A stretch of DNA of 64,000 bases from Spirochaetota bacterium (lineage in GTDB: Bacteria; Spirochaetota; UBA4802; UB4802). Shown in pieces: positions 40,573 through 51,483 of this stretch; the stretch's first letter is position 1, and every line of letters starts with the position of its first letter. The position numbers were made by a program, and so were the translations under genes. The DNA lies in NCBI GenBank assembly GCA_029907515.1, contig JARYLT010000002.1, forward strand, positions 14,343-78,342. The letters are read 5' to 3'. Under the pieces are notes generated by a model, which had not been told where the DNA came from, made no database searches, and saw only the letters and a list, made by a program, of their open reading frames with translations.

Positions 40573-42885
40573 TTACTGTCTGCTTAAATCGTATACAAGC
40601 TGATATTGATAATAAAACTTTTTAATACGCTCAATATAGCCCTTAGTCTCAGCAAATGGGGCCATAACAGTGAACTTGTCTTCATTATCGTATTGCCATT
40701 TCAATACATTGCCAATACCCGCATTATACGCAGCTGAAACTAATGTAATATCATTTTTCAGATTTTTCATTAACCAGGAAATATAATATGTTCCTAATTC
40801 TATAGATATACAGGGATTCTTCAACATTTCCTTATTAATCTGTCCAACCCCTGTTTTTGTAGCTATTTCTTTTGCAGTAGGCATCATTAATTGCATAAGG
40901 CCTATAGCACCTGCTGAGGATTCGGCATAAGGGTTGAAAAGGGATTCAGCTTTCATCACAGCATAAATGAAAGGTTCACATATATCATATTTTTTTGAAG
41001 ACTGTGCTACACATTGACCAAAAGGTTTTGGCAAAATGCTTTGGATTATATCATCATGCATTAAAAATATATTTTCTTTCATATCTAACCGTTTTAAAAG
41101 TTGAACTAAACTCTGGGCTGACAGAAAATAATTTTTATACTTTAATCCAAAAATGTATTGTAGCACATATACATCATTGTCATCGGGATTAATGTATAAT
41201 ACCAGTTCCCTATTTATTCCCTCACTGTACCCCATTGAAAAGTAATGTTCAATCCTGGTCACTATCTCACCTGGAATATGTAACAACAGCTTCTCATTAC
41301 GTGTAGGAATAGTAGTATACTGTATTTCACGGGATTTGGGAAAATATTTTTTTATCATTTCCAGTCGTTGTAAGCGTCTTTTATTATCTCGCTCCCTGTA
41401 GGTTAACATGGCATGGGTAAAAAGAGTGACTGTAAGATTATTTGTTTGAAGCGCCATTGAAAAATCGGAAGAAAGCTTTTCCACTGAATAGTTGGGTGAT
41501 AATCGCTCAAGCAATATCCATGTATAAGCAGAATGAGGCAAAAACGCTACCATAGAATAGGCTATTGTTTCAGCTTCATCTGGATTTTCCTCTTTTTTCA
41601 GATTATAAAGCCAGAAACATACCTCATCAGCGTATTTCCCGTTTGTACCAAATGTAGAATAATATTTTTCAAGATAATATAACGCAGTTTTTGTATTGGT
41701 AATAGTATTTTTAGAAAACAACCATAACAATTCCTGTGTAGCAGTATCATCAGGATAGTGTGCCACATACTCATCTACAGGTTTAGGATCTGTTTCTTTT
41801 CTCTGGACAGCATACAGTGCTTTATAATACAGTACCTTCTGTTTAAATTTTGGATTATCAGCATTTTCAAGTTTTGCCAGCCACTGCATGGCCTGTCCCT
41901 TTTTATCATTATCCCATAGTGTATCCACTATGGTAGCAGCAATATCATACCTGTAATCAGTTGCCTGATATGCATCATATATTGTTTTTAAGGCATCCGA
42001 TTTGCCCAAATGGCATAATGTTTTAACACGTATCATATCAAGATGTAATTTTTGTGTGCTTTCGGTAACCAGTTGTAAAAGGTTTTCATCTATAGAAACA
42101 ATATCCTGATAATTTTTTGTATTATACAAAGCTTCAAAAATAAGCTGTATTTCATCAGGATTCAATGCAATATCAGGATTTTTAGTTGTAATCTGTAATA
42201 TCCGCTTTGCTGCAATTTCAGACTGCCAGCTTGCTGTGCTTATCTTTAAAAGGTTATAATAACTATTCACTGCATCAGTGTTTTTGTCCTGCTTCTCATA
42301 CAGAGATGCTAATTTTATATACAACCATGCCAGTGAATCTCTATCGTTATATTTTGAAATACTTTTCTGTAATACCTTTTCAGCCTTGTCAAACTGTTTC
42401 AGTTGCCCTAACGCTTCAGCTTTAAGGATCTGTGCATCACGGAATACACCCGTTTTTTCATGTTTCATCAAATCAATAAATTTAATGACATATTCATATT
42501 CCTGATAGTACATGAATCCTTTTGCAATTTCATACATTGCATCATTATATAAATATGATTTCACCGAAAAACGGCTGACAAATCTATAAACTGGCTGCGG
42601 ATATATAGATAGTTTTCTTGCTCTCCGTTCAACAAAACAGCTATTGGCAAAGTGATATAGTGCCTTTTTATAATCTTTAGCTTCTTTATACGCTAATCCC
42701 AACATGAAATGTTCAGTGTAGGATAGCTCCCCTTTCTGTTCTAATGTTTGAATTATAGTTTCATTGTTGCTATAAAATCCTAATTCAGATAATCCCTGTG
42801 GCAATACAACGTCAGAACAGGAAAGAAAGGAAAAAATAGCTAAGGTCAAAAGAGCAACCATCGATGTATATGTTCGGATAATCAT
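40573..42885 (-). CDS. Lytic transglycosylase (Slt family) lipoprotein with TPR-like helical region
   Basis: Lipobox FLSC; C-terminal AES, GAIGLMQL, AAYNAG, ETKGY. Confidence 0.9.
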   Translation of the reverse strand: MIIRTYTSMVALLTLAIFSFLSCSDVVLPQGLSELGFYSNNETIIQTLEQKGELSYTEHFMLGLAYKEAKDYKKALYHFANSCFVERRARKLSIYPQPVYRFVSRFSVKSYLYNDAMYEIAKGFMYYQEYEYVIKFIDLMKHEKTGVFRDAQILKAEALGQLKQFDKAEKVLQKSISKYNDRDSLAWLYIKLASLYEKQDKNTDAVNSYYNLLKISTASWQSEIAAKRILQITTKNPDIALNPDEIQLIFEALYNTKNYQDIVSIDENLLQLVTESTQKLHLDMIRVKTLCHLGKSDALKTIYDAYQATDYRYDIAATIVDTLWDNDKKGQAMQWLAKLENADNPKFKQKVLYYKALYAVQRKETDPKPVDEYVAHYPDDTATQELLWLFSKNTITNTKTALYYLEKYYSTFGTNGKYADEVCFWLYNLKKEENPDEAETIAYSMVAFLPHSAYTWILLERLSPNYSVEKLSSDFSMALQTNNLTVTLFTHAMLTYRERDNKRRLQRLEMIKKYFPKSREIQYTTIPTRNEKLLLHIPGEIVTRIEHYFSMGYSEGINRELVLYINPDDNDVYVLQYIFGLKYKNYFLSAQSLVQLLKRLDMKENIFLMHDDIIQSILPKPFGQCVAQSSKKYDICEPFIYAVMKAESLFNPYAESSAGAIGLMQLMMPTAKEIATKTGVGQINKEMLKNPCISIELGTYYISWLMKNLKNDITLVSAAYNAGIGNVLKWQYDNEDKFTVMAPFAETKGYIERIKKFYYQYQLVYDLSRQ

Positions 42886-42887
42886 GA

Positions 42888-43742
42888 TTATTCTTCCTCT
42901 TTTTGGTAATCTGCATACTCGGGCAATTCTTGCAATGAACCATTACTCCACACATCATCATAAAACGAATAATTATCAATAAGCCGATAGTAGCTGTCAG
43001 CCAGAACCTTTAACATATAGTTTTTTTCATTTTCATCTTTAACTGATTCTAATTTTGTTTTCATATATGAATAAATATATGGCTCATTCCCAACGTTCTT
43101 TTTATTTTCAAGTCTACTATTTGAGTCTTTATTATTAAATGCAATATATGCAAGTAAAGCATATCGTTTAGCCTGTTTGGCTTTTTTCAAAGCCTGAATA
43201 TATTTATACAAACGCATCGAGTACAGTGTTGTCCTGTAACTATCGGCCATAACCATATACATACGGGCCTGTTCATTATTTGTATAGCCTAAATTACAAT
43301 AATGCTTTGATACATAATCATCTTTCAAGATAGGTCCTGGCGACACGGTATCTAATAGTTTTTTCCCTTCATCAATTTCACGATGTAAAACCATTCTGTA
43401 TAATGATATCAGTAATTCTTGAGTTTTACGAATATTTTCATACGAATCTTTAAACTTGAATTTCATATATAAAAATTTTGCAAACATATCATATAATATT
43501 GCCTTGCGGCAGATTATCCTTTCCTCTTCCACTGAAACATTTGATACAGAAAAATTAACAAAATAAAAGAAGCGCTCATTATCTTTAAGCCCTTTTTCTG
43601 CTTTACGCTGTTCTCCAGCACTCTGACTGCTCTTTGTCCTTTGCGCAATTAGAGTATTTTGAAGTGGTAAAAGCATTACCACCACTATACTAAAGATAAT
43701 TATTGAGATTATAGCTCTCATGTCTGAAAACCTATGTCCCAT
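42888..43742 (-). CDS. Exported helical protein resembling the Leptospira OmpL37 family
   Basis: Signal peptide; pattern N..F..FVN..VSN / IRKTQ..L..LY / LGY / LYS..LY / AKRYALLA recalled from OmpL37-like proteins (unverified). Confidence 0.5.
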   Translation of the reverse strand: MGHRFSDMRAIISIIIFSIVVVMLLPLQNTLIAQRTKSSQSAGEQRKAEKGLKDNERFFYFVNFSVSNVSVEEERIICRKAILYDMFAKFLYMKFKFKDSYENIRKTQELLISLYRMVLHREIDEGKKLLDTVSPGPILKDDYVSKHYCNLGYTNNEQARMYMVMADSYRTTLYSMRLYKYIQALKKAKQAKRYALLAYIAFNNKDSNSRLENKKNVGNEPYIYSYMKTKLESVKDENEKNYMLKVLADSYYRLIDNYSFYDDVWSNGSLQELPEYADYQKEEE

Positions 43743-43851
43743 ACTTAGTATTAATAAACTCCTTATATTTTATGATTGACTATATCCATCCGCATACTAT
43801 AGTACCTGTATAAAAGTGTTATACGTAATCATACTATCAGGGGATATTATT

Positions 43852-44823
43852 ATGAAAACCAGAACAACCTTATTATTAGTATCGATTATTTCTTTACTGT
43901 TTTATATAACCTGTACTACATTTGATCCTTCAATATTGCAGAAAAAACCCACTGTTACTTTTAAAGATTTTCAATTCAAAGAAATAACGCTAAATGATAT
44001 GACCATGTTTTTTTCACTGGATGTTGAAAATCCTTATCCAGTAACATTGTACTTAGATTCCATACAAAGTCAAATATATATTGATACATTCTCATTATTT
44101 TCACTACAATCCGCAGATAAACTAAAACTATCCAGGAATTCAAAAACAAACAAAACATTTGCCCTTACTATCACATACGACCAACTTATAAAGGCTGTAA
44201 AAGAATATTACAATAAAGATTCAATTGTCATAACAATAAAGGGTACTATTGCTTTTTCACTGCCACCATCAATTCAGATTGTACAATCAATAGCTGTCCC
44301 TTTTACAATTAAAAAGGAAATCCCAACAATCAAGCCAACAATTGATATAGCACATTTTAAATTAATTCCACCTTCACTATCTGATTTAAAAAATATTATA
44401 AAAAATATCAACCCACTTGAAATTCCATCTCTGTACACTGATATCCAGAACTTTTGCCAGGGGAAGGGTGTTCCTGACAGTATATCAAAATTTGATATAC
44501 CGCTATCTGTTGCATTTGATATTATAATCAAAAATAAAACAAAGGCCGCATTGGTCGGTAAATCGCTCAATTATAATTTTATACTCCACGATAGTGAAAT
44601 AGCTAAAGGTCAACCAACCATACAGAATGCTGATGGCGCTTCAAAAATCAACTGTGTCACTACTTTAAGCACCAAAAATATTAGCAAAGGCCTGACACAG
44701 GCTATTGCACAGAAGAATATTCAGTACACACTGAAAGGGAATATGCTCTTCAATGCTGCATTAAAAGGGACAGAATTACCTGTACCATTCACAATTAATC
44801 AGCAGGGCACCATCAAATGGTAA
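43852..44823 (+). CDS. LEA type 2 (WHy) domain lipoprotein, two domains
   Basis: Lipobox YITC; L.VENPYPV.L motif; beta-rich tandem organisation. Confidence 0.75.
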   Translation: MKTRTTLLLVSIISLLFYITCTTFDPSILQKKPTVTFKDFQFKEITLNDMTMFFSLDVENPYPVTLYLDSIQSQIYIDTFSLFSLQSADKLKLSRNSKTNKTFALTITYDQLIKAVKEYYNKDSIVITIKGTIAFSLPPSIQIVQSIAVPFTIKKEIPTIKPTIDIAHFKLIPPSLSDLKNIIKNINPLEIPSLYTDIQNFCQGKGVPDSISKFDIPLSVAFDIIIKNKTKAALVGKSLNYNFILHDSEIAKGQPTIQNADGASKINCVTTLSTKNISKGLTQAIAQKNIQYTLKGNMLFNAALKGTELPVPFTINQQGTIKW

Positions 44824-44915
44824 GAATATACAATTTAATAATTGACTCATACATACTGTAAGAAACTATAGTAACACAGTTATTATTTATACATCGTGAT
44901 TAAAAGGAGTTCACA

Positions 44916-45983
44916 ATGAACGTTATTCCTGTAATACTTGCTGGTGGTTCAGGCACAAGGCTATGGCCACTTAGCAATGAAGAAAAACCCAAGCAATTTC
45001 ATAATATTACAGGCGAAGGCACACTGCTTGAACTGACAATTAACAGACTAAAACCACTTAATCCTGATTTTTGCCTTATTGTCACAGCACGTATGTATGA
45101 AGAAATGTCCTATGATGAATTAAAAAAAACAGGGCTAAAGGGGAGTATTATCTCTGAACCCATGCCAAGAAATACCGCGCCTGCAATTCTGTATGCAGCA
45201 ACCTATCTTTCAAAATTATATGATGATGCCATAATGCTCATTTTGCCTGCTGATCATTATATCAAAAAAACAGATGTATTTGTAACTATTCTGAAAAAAG
45301 CAATTGAACACGCACATAATAATCATCTGGTAACTATCGGTATCACCCCAACATATCCTGAAACAGGGTATGGATATATAAAAGCCTATGATGACCCTTC
45401 AGAAGTAAAACCCGTTGAGATGTTTGTTGAAAAACCAAATTTAGAAACAGCAAAAAAATACCTCAGGGAAGGTAATTACTTCTGGAATAGTGGTATTTTT
45501 GTATGGAAAATATCCGTTATTCTGGAATACTATCAAAAACTTATGCCAAAACTATACCAGTCATTTCAGCCTCTGCGCGATCTCACCGTAGAACAGCTTA
45601 CCCAGAATGATGAATTGCCATGGGAAATCAAGCGTAATGTATTCTCACAGATTGAAGCAATATCTATTGACTATGGCATCATGGAAAAAGCCGACCAGCG
45701 GTATGTAATTCCCGGTGAATTTGGATGGGCTGATTTAGGTAGCTGGGCTTCAATTGATGATGTACTATCGCCCAATACTGATATGAACCGATCTCCCTAT
45801 CCTGAAAAGGTTATTTTTCACCTTTCAAAAAATTGCACCGTATTCCCTGATACTAAACTCATTGCAGTGGTTGGCTTGCATGACGTTGTTGTGGTAGATT
45901 CAGGAAATGAAATCCTTGTTATGGATAAGAATGCATCCCAGGATCTCAGGGAAGTTGTAAATCGTATCAAGAATAATCGTTAA
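44916..45983 (+). CDS. manC: Mannose-1-phosphate guanylyltransferase (no PMI domain)
   Basis: ILAGGSGTRLWPLS..PKQF, EP..RNTAPA, FVEKP, WNSGIF, SIDYGIMEK. Confidence 0.92.
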   Translation: MNVIPVILAGGSGTRLWPLSNEEKPKQFHNITGEGTLLELTINRLKPLNPDFCLIVTARMYEEMSYDELKKTGLKGSIISEPMPRNTAPAILYAATYLSKLYDDAIMLILPADHYIKKTDVFVTILKKAIEHAHNNHLVTIGITPTYPETGYGYIKAYDDPSEVKPVEMFVEKPNLETAKKYLREGNYFWNSGIFVWKISVILEYYQKLMPKLYQSFQPLRDLTVEQLTQNDELPWEIKRNVFSQIEAISIDYGIMEKADQRYVIPGEFGWADLGSWASIDDVLSPNTDMNRSPYPEKVIFHLSKNCTVFPDTKLIAVVGLHDVVVVDSGNEILVMDKNASQDLREVVNRIKNNR

Positions 45984-46695
45984 AAACGGCACTAATAGCG
46001 TTTTTGATTGTATCCCTGACTCCTTCATTAAGAGAAGAGCTTTGATTGAGCGATAGTTCTCGCATATGCAGGTGGTATTCAGGCTCACTGTAGTAAAACA
46101 CGGGTACTGGCACCGTATTAAAAAAATCAGCTACCATCATCAATGATCTATTAACTAAAGTTACCACAATACTATTCGTAGTACTTTTTTCAGGAACTAT
46201 CGGTTCCCCTAACTTATCTTCAATCAATTGCACAATCCATATAAAGCTGAGCGGATCAATGATGCCAATTGAATAAGTATACCAGTTATCCGTATATCTA
46301 ATCAGTATCTTTTTTAAGCGATCATCAAGTAATGTATATGCAGGACAAAAGTAATCATTACATATTTCTTTCCCAAATAGACTACAATCTCTTCTGTCAA
46401 TCCCATTGTTAACTACAGGGTGCATCAGACATCCTGGAGTATTGCTGTCAATAAACCCCATATAGGGACACACATAGGTTGTGGTTTCCCTGAACGTATA
46501 CTGTTTTTGCAGCGATTCAAAATTCCTTACGATGTTGCCAGCTACCGGTGAATAGCGTATTTCAGCAGTTGCGTCAGATAAAAAGTGCTCTAACCCTGCT
46601 AAAGAGATATCAGCACAGTTAAAAAGCCCACAACACACGCAACACCCTTTTCCTTGTGCAGGCTGGCATAGGGATATTTTATTAGAAGCATTCAT
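45967..46695 (-). CDS. Cys-rich hypothetical protein (possible Fe-S/Zn binding)
   Basis: GCCVCCGLFN, CPYMGF, GCLMHP, CSLFG..IC..YFCP. Confidence 0.7.
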   Translation of the reverse strand: MNASNKISLCQPAQGKGCCVCCGLFNCADISLAGLEHFLSDATAEIRYSPVAGNIVRNFESLQKQYTFRETTTYVCPYMGFIDSNTPGCLMHPVVNNGIDRRDCSLFGKEICNDYFCPAYTLLDDRLKKILIRYTDNWYTYSIGIIDPLSFIWIVQLIEDKLGEPIVPEKSTTNSIVVTLVNRSLMMVADFFNTVPVPVFYYSEPEYHLHMRELSLNQSSSLNEGVRDTIKNAISAVFNDYS

Positions 46696-46777
46696 ATTAA
46701 TTCACTTGCACATTCCCATGCATTTTGGTATGTTAATATTAAACGTACACCACATTTATAGTATAGCAGATTTTTTT

Positions 46778-47416
46778 ATGAAATATAGGGATAATCTTTA
46801 CGAGCTTCTTGATGTTTCCCCACTTTCTTCAAAGGAGGAGATACGGAGGGCTTTCTGTACAAAGGTTAAAGCGTTACATCCTGACAGCACAGGTTTAAGC
46901 TCTGAGAGATTTACCGTAGAACTTCAGAAGGTCATTGAAGCTTACCGCATCCTCATGGATGACAGAGAGCGTGCCCATTATGATGCCACACTCTTACAAT
47001 ATCCTAAAAAACTTGAGAAGCACTATATACCACAAAAACGCATCAGATACTCCATATCACTTAAAGATTTATTAAAGAAGGAGTTTTTACCAAAAAAGAT
47101 GCGTCGCAAGGACATTATTCATGAATTTGACCATGACATTGAGATAGTATGTACACAACAGGAAATTTCAAAAGGGGCAGTAGCATTAGTTCAGTTGCCA
47201 TCCCGTATACTGTGTCCTCTTTGTAACGGTCAGCACCGTGATTGTTACGTATGCAATGGGTTGGGACGTATATCCAGTGCTTCAACATTCGAGATTGAAC
47301 TACCTGCTGACATAACAAAAACAACAATACTAACTGTTGACCTCAGAAAATACAGGCCAGGTACTTTTACCGATCTAACCATAAAGTACCTGCGTATAAA
47401 AGTCACCATAGTATAA
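46778..47416 (+). CDS. J-domain protein with a single zinc-finger unit
   Basis: YELLDV...HPD...R..YD J domain; CPLCNG..CYVCNGLG. Confidence 0.85.
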   Translation: MKYRDNLYELLDVSPLSSKEEIRRAFCTKVKALHPDSTGLSSERFTVELQKVIEAYRILMDDRERAHYDATLLQYPKKLEKHYIPQKRIRYSISLKDLLKKEFLPKKMRRKDIIHEFDHDIEIVCTQQEISKGAVALVQLPSRILCPLCNGQHRDCYVCNGLGRISSASTFEIELPADITKTTILTVDLRKYRPGTFTDLTIKYLRIKVTIV

Positions 47417-47423
47417 AGGTAGT

Positions 47424-48719
47424 CTACCTGAATCGTATTCTCAACGAATCACCATGTTTATCATCAAATCCTTCAACCTGCGACATACGTGATACATGTT
47501 CTGTAGCCTGCTGTAGTGCTGATGGTGTCAGATACTGAAATGATGTACGGCGCATAAACGTTTCAACACCAAGCCCCGAAGAAAAGCGAGCAGCTCCTCC
47601 TGTAGGCAGTACATGATTGGTCCCTGAAAAATAATCACCAACTGCAACAGGAGCATAAGCCCCCAGAAAGAGTGATCCAACATTTTTAATTTGTGTAAGA
47701 TAGTTAAGTGGATTTTCCACCATCAATTCCATATGCTCAGGGCCATAATTATTGGAAAAATCTATGGCTTCCTCAATTGATGAGACAAGAATAATATGAG
47801 CATTTTTTATTGCCTGTTTTTTAATTTCATGCCTGCCTCTTCCGGAGTTTATATCTTCTTCAATATATGTGATCACTTTTTGTGCCAGCGATTCAGATGT
47901 TGTAACAAGAATTGCAATGGCCATCTCTTCATGCTCTGCCTGTGACAGTAAATCCCATGCTACCCAGTGAGGGTTTGCTTGCTCATCGGCTATTATCAAC
48001 ACCTCACTTGGTCCGGCAAGCGAATCAATCTGAATGACTCCCTGGCTGAAGAGATATGCCTTGGCAGCAGTTACATAGATATTGCCGGGTCCCACAATAA
48101 TATCGGCTTTGGGCACAGTCTGTGTTCCAAACGCTGCAGCAGCAATACCCTGTGCACCGCCAGATTTGATTATAGTTGTGATACCCAGTATGTGCGCCAT
48201 TGCCCCAATATATGAAGCTATTGCCCCATCCTTTGACGGTGGCGTTATAATTGAAATATGTTTGCATCCAGCAATCTGGGCTGGAATAACTCCCATCAAT
48301 ACTGAAGAGGGATATGACGCTTTCCCACCAGGGACATATACCGCCGCACTTTCTACTGGTTGGTATAGCATCCCAAGTGTAGTGCCATCTTCCCGTGTGT
48401 AGATGAACGAATCCCTTTTCTGGTGCAGATGGAATTCGCGTATGTTTTCTATTGCCTTTGTAAATGAATCAATTACTTTTGCATCAGTATTATGATATGC
48501 TGCTGTAATTTCTTTCTCTGTTGCACACACTTCGTGTAACGTAACCCCGTCAAACTTATTAGTAAATTCTATAACAGCCTTGTCACCTTCATCACGTACT
48601 TTCTGCACAATTGGAATAACGTTATTAACCATTATTCCGGTAAAATCATCGCCAAAACGCTGAAACAGTGTATTGCGTTCTTTTTGCGTCAAATCAGATA
48701 ATTTCCTGATAGCTATCAT
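47424..48719 (-). CDS. hisD: Histidinol dehydrogenase
   Basis: YVPGG..YPSS, GPGN.YV, AGPSE, SQAEH, PEH, GDY.SGTNHVLPT. Confidence 0.97.
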   Translation of the reverse strand: MIAIRKLSDLTQKERNTLFQRFGDDFTGIMVNNVIPIVQKVRDEGDKAVIEFTNKFDGVTLHEVCATEKEITAAYHNTDAKVIDSFTKAIENIREFHLHQKRDSFIYTREDGTTLGMLYQPVESAAVYVPGGKASYPSSVLMGVIPAQIAGCKHISIITPPSKDGAIASYIGAMAHILGITTIIKSGGAQGIAAAAFGTQTVPKADIIVGPGNIYVTAAKAYLFSQGVIQIDSLAGPSEVLIIADEQANPHWVAWDLLSQAEHEEMAIAILVTTSESLAQKVITYIEEDINSGRGRHEIKKQAIKNAHIILVSSIEEAIDFSNNYGPEHMELMVENPLNYLTQIKNVGSLFLGAYAPVAVGDYFSGTNHVLPTGGAARFSSGLGVETFMRRTSFQYLTPSALQQATEHVSRMSQVEGFDDKHGDSLRIRFR

Positions 48720-48827
48720 GGTTGCTCCTCATTATTATAGAAGGTTATTCATTATTTCTTGACTTTATCATTACCATTCTTTAAAATATCACAAACTGTA
48801 CAGTAAAAAAATATTTCTGGAGGTCCT

Positions 48828-49091
48828 ATGTTCAAGCATATAGCAGTAATAATGATAGCGATAGCTCTTGTTATAACCGGTTGCAAAAAAACCACCATAA
48901 CACCAAAACTTTTTGTCACCATACAAAATGAAATTCTTGACAGCGATATGCAGCAGACAACAAAAGAAGACATCGTGAAAAAATATGGCATTACTCTTCA
49001 ACAGTATGAAGAATATGAAAAACAGGTTGAAAGTGATCCAGAGTTAAAAGCACTGGTTGGAAAAGAACGCCTCAACATTATGAAAAAATAG
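48828..49091 (+). CDS. Small lipoprotein
   Basis: GGAGG RBS; lipobox ITGC. Confidence 0.75.
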   Translation: MFKHIAVIMIAIALVITGCKKTTITPKLFVTIQNEILDSDMQQTTKEDIVKKYGITLQQYEEYEKQVESDPELKALVGKERLNIMKK

Positions 49092-49093
49092 CA

Positions 49094-49915
49094 TCACGCT
49101 ATTCCAAGAACTGTTTCCACATTCTTATATAAGACATACTCCGCACTTTCTCCAAGTGCTTCTATATGTTGTTTATAGCGTGAATACTCTAGTAGTGGGA
49201 AATCACTCCCAAATAGTATTTTTTCTTTTCCACACATCTGTATGGCTATGTCATAAATACCAGAATCATACAGAAAAGGAGTTGCTGCAGTATCATAATA
49301 CACATGAGTCAAGGATTTCTTAACCTCAGGCATCAACTCATAAAATAATAGGCCCCCTCCCCAGTGGGAACAGATAATTGGTATGTTAGTATACTGCGAA
49401 CACAGTGCAAAAAGACTGCGCATATCTGTATAATATTTTCCGGTATAGATATGGCCCACCGGTTCATTGACATGCAGACATACAGGCAAAGTAAACTTTT
49501 CAGCTATAGCAAGAATCTGTCCCAGTAACATTTCCTCTTCTTCATTAAATCCATTAGCATAAAAGGCTACTTCACCAATACCATATAATCCCAGCTTTTT
49601 AATTGATTCTATCTGTTTGTACACATCACCGTTCAGAGCTATCGCCCCAAATGCATATATTTTCCCTTTATATGTATGCTGCACAGTAGCAAGATACTCA
49701 TTGTGCATTTGAGCATACTCTTCCTTTTGCCAGGTAAAACCCAGCACCAGCGAGGCATCCACACCATTGTGTTCCATTGATTCTACAAGCATTTCAGCAT
49801 GTGCAATGCGCGCTTTGCCATAATATAGCAGAGAAAATTGTCTGTCATCGCAATAGTGTTCTTTGTTTTGTACCATATCATTAGTAAAAATATGTGTATG
49901 CCCATCAATAATCAT
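49094..49915 (-). CDS. Amidohydrolase family (amidohydro_2) protein
   Basis: IIDGHTH, GIGE, H, HWGGG, LFGSDFP. Confidence 0.9.
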   Translation of the reverse strand: MIIDGHTHIFTNDMVQNKEHYCDDRQFSLLYYGKARIAHAEMLVESMEHNGVDASLVLGFTWQKEEYAQMHNEYLATVQHTYKGKIYAFGAIALNGDVYKQIESIKKLGLYGIGEVAFYANGFNEEEEMLLGQILAIAEKFTLPVCLHVNEPVGHIYTGKYYTDMRSLFALCSQYTNIPIICSHWGGGLLFYELMPEVKKSLTHVYYDTAATPFLYDSGIYDIAIQMCGKEKILFGSDFPLLEYSRYKQHIEALGESAEYVLYKNVETVLGIA

Positions 49916-49994
49916 TGTATACCCTATTATGTATTGACATTATCATATACTTTTTTAGTATTTTATCTTCAGGCAACGTTTACTACTATTTATT

Positions 49995-51479
49995 ATGAAT
50001 ACAATAGAATTTTTTTTAGAACCCAGCAAAGAAAACTACCATACACTTCGTGTAAAGGCGGAAGATGGCAATTTTCGCTATATTCACAGTAAATACCACC
50101 CAACAAAAGAATCATCATACCTGCAGGATATTGTCAACCCTGAAAAATACGATGCCTGTATTATTTTAGGCATTGGCCTTGGATACCATCTGGCACATCT
50201 GGCCACTATCATACCTTTTTTTAAACAGATTATCTGCATTGATATTAATAACTATCTAACCAATGCCAATATTCCACAGGATATACAGGCAATTATTCAT
50301 CACCCTTCGGTACAATTGGTATTTGTGAATCCCGATAATTTTCAACAGTTACGTGATACTATTCAGTTACAATTTTCCAAAGGCATACAGGTCATTGACC
50401 ACCCTGCTTCCTTTCATGCTTTCCCGCACATTTTTTCATCCATAAAAAAAATCATACAGCAGATAGTAGACAAATCAGTATCAAATCATCTTACATCATC
50501 ATTGTTTGCATACCGGTACTTTAAAAATGCATTATTAAACCTGAACCAATTACCTGAATGCTTTGCTGTAGCACAATGTAAAGGAATTCATGCCCACCAG
50601 CCCTGCATCATCGTAGCCCCTGGCCCATCTCTGGATGAAACACTCTATCACCTGAAAAAACACCACAATTGCATCATCATATCAGTTGATTCTGCACTCA
50701 AAGCATTATATGATCATTCTATCATACCTGACTATATCGTTTCCATTGATCCTCAGCCAGTTGTGTTTGCACATCTTTTTCCTGCACAACCCACGGTGCC
50801 AGTAATCACAACACTTACTGCACACCCAATGATCTTTTCACTGCCAGCAATTGTATCATTGAACACACACCCCGTATGCCAGTTACTGGAAGAGTTGTAC
50901 CCCGGGATTATTGGTTCTGTTGACAGTAGAACTGGAACCGTACTGGGCGATGCAGTCACATTTGCTATTTTTGCTGGCTGTAATCCAATAGCCATTGCAG
51001 GTGCAGACTTTTCATTTCCCAAGTATGTTACATACGCCCGATCAACAGAATACCAATACCGCTATCAACTTATGCACAGCCGTTATACCCCACTTGAAAC
51101 AAAAAACATGGACTACATAATCCATGCGTCAAAACGTACAGGAACAACAACCTTTTCAAGGAAAAACTTTATCCAGTATCATGATGCAGTTGATGCTATC
51201 CTTCCCAAAGACACATCACTATTTCATATCAATCCCGTATTACCACTTGCTCACGCAAAGTCAATAGCAATCAAAGACTTCCTTTCACTGCCACAGGTCA
51301 GCCCCTATACAAAAAAGATGACACCACGTTTGCTTCAACCTCTATCACATTCAATAAATATCAATGAAATATATACTATTCTTAATAATGAAACAATGTT
51401 TAATACTATTGTAAACTCCTCTCGAGTAGATCATCAAACAAGCATTCAAAGAATTCATTATTTTTTACATAAGGAGTAA
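49995..51479 (+). CDS. Motility-associated factor (Maf/DUF115) glycosyltransferase-like protein
   Basis: IHSKYHP..E, GIGLGYH, APGPSL, PDYIVSIDP, GADFSF. Confidence 0.8.
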   Translation: MNTIEFFLEPSKENYHTLRVKAEDGNFRYIHSKYHPTKESSYLQDIVNPEKYDACIILGIGLGYHLAHLATIIPFFKQIICIDINNYLTNANIPQDIQAIIHHPSVQLVFVNPDNFQQLRDTIQLQFSKGIQVIDHPASFHAFPHIFSSIKKIIQQIVDKSVSNHLTSSLFAYRYFKNALLNLNQLPECFAVAQCKGIHAHQPCIIVAPGPSLDETLYHLKKHHNCIIISVDSALKALYDHSIIPDYIVSIDPQPVVFAHLFPAQPTVPVITTLTAHPMIFSLPAIVSLNTHPVCQLLEELYPGIIGSVDSRTGTVLGDAVTFAIFAGCNPIAIAGADFSFPKYVTYARSTEYQYRYQLMHSRYTPLETKNMDYIIHASKRTGTTTFSRKNFIQYHDAVDAILPKDTSLFHINPVLPLAHAKSIAIKDFLSLPQVSPYTKKMTPRLLQPLSHSININEIYTILNNETMFNTIVNSSRVDHQTSIQRIHYFLHKE

Positions 51480-51483
51480 ATCA

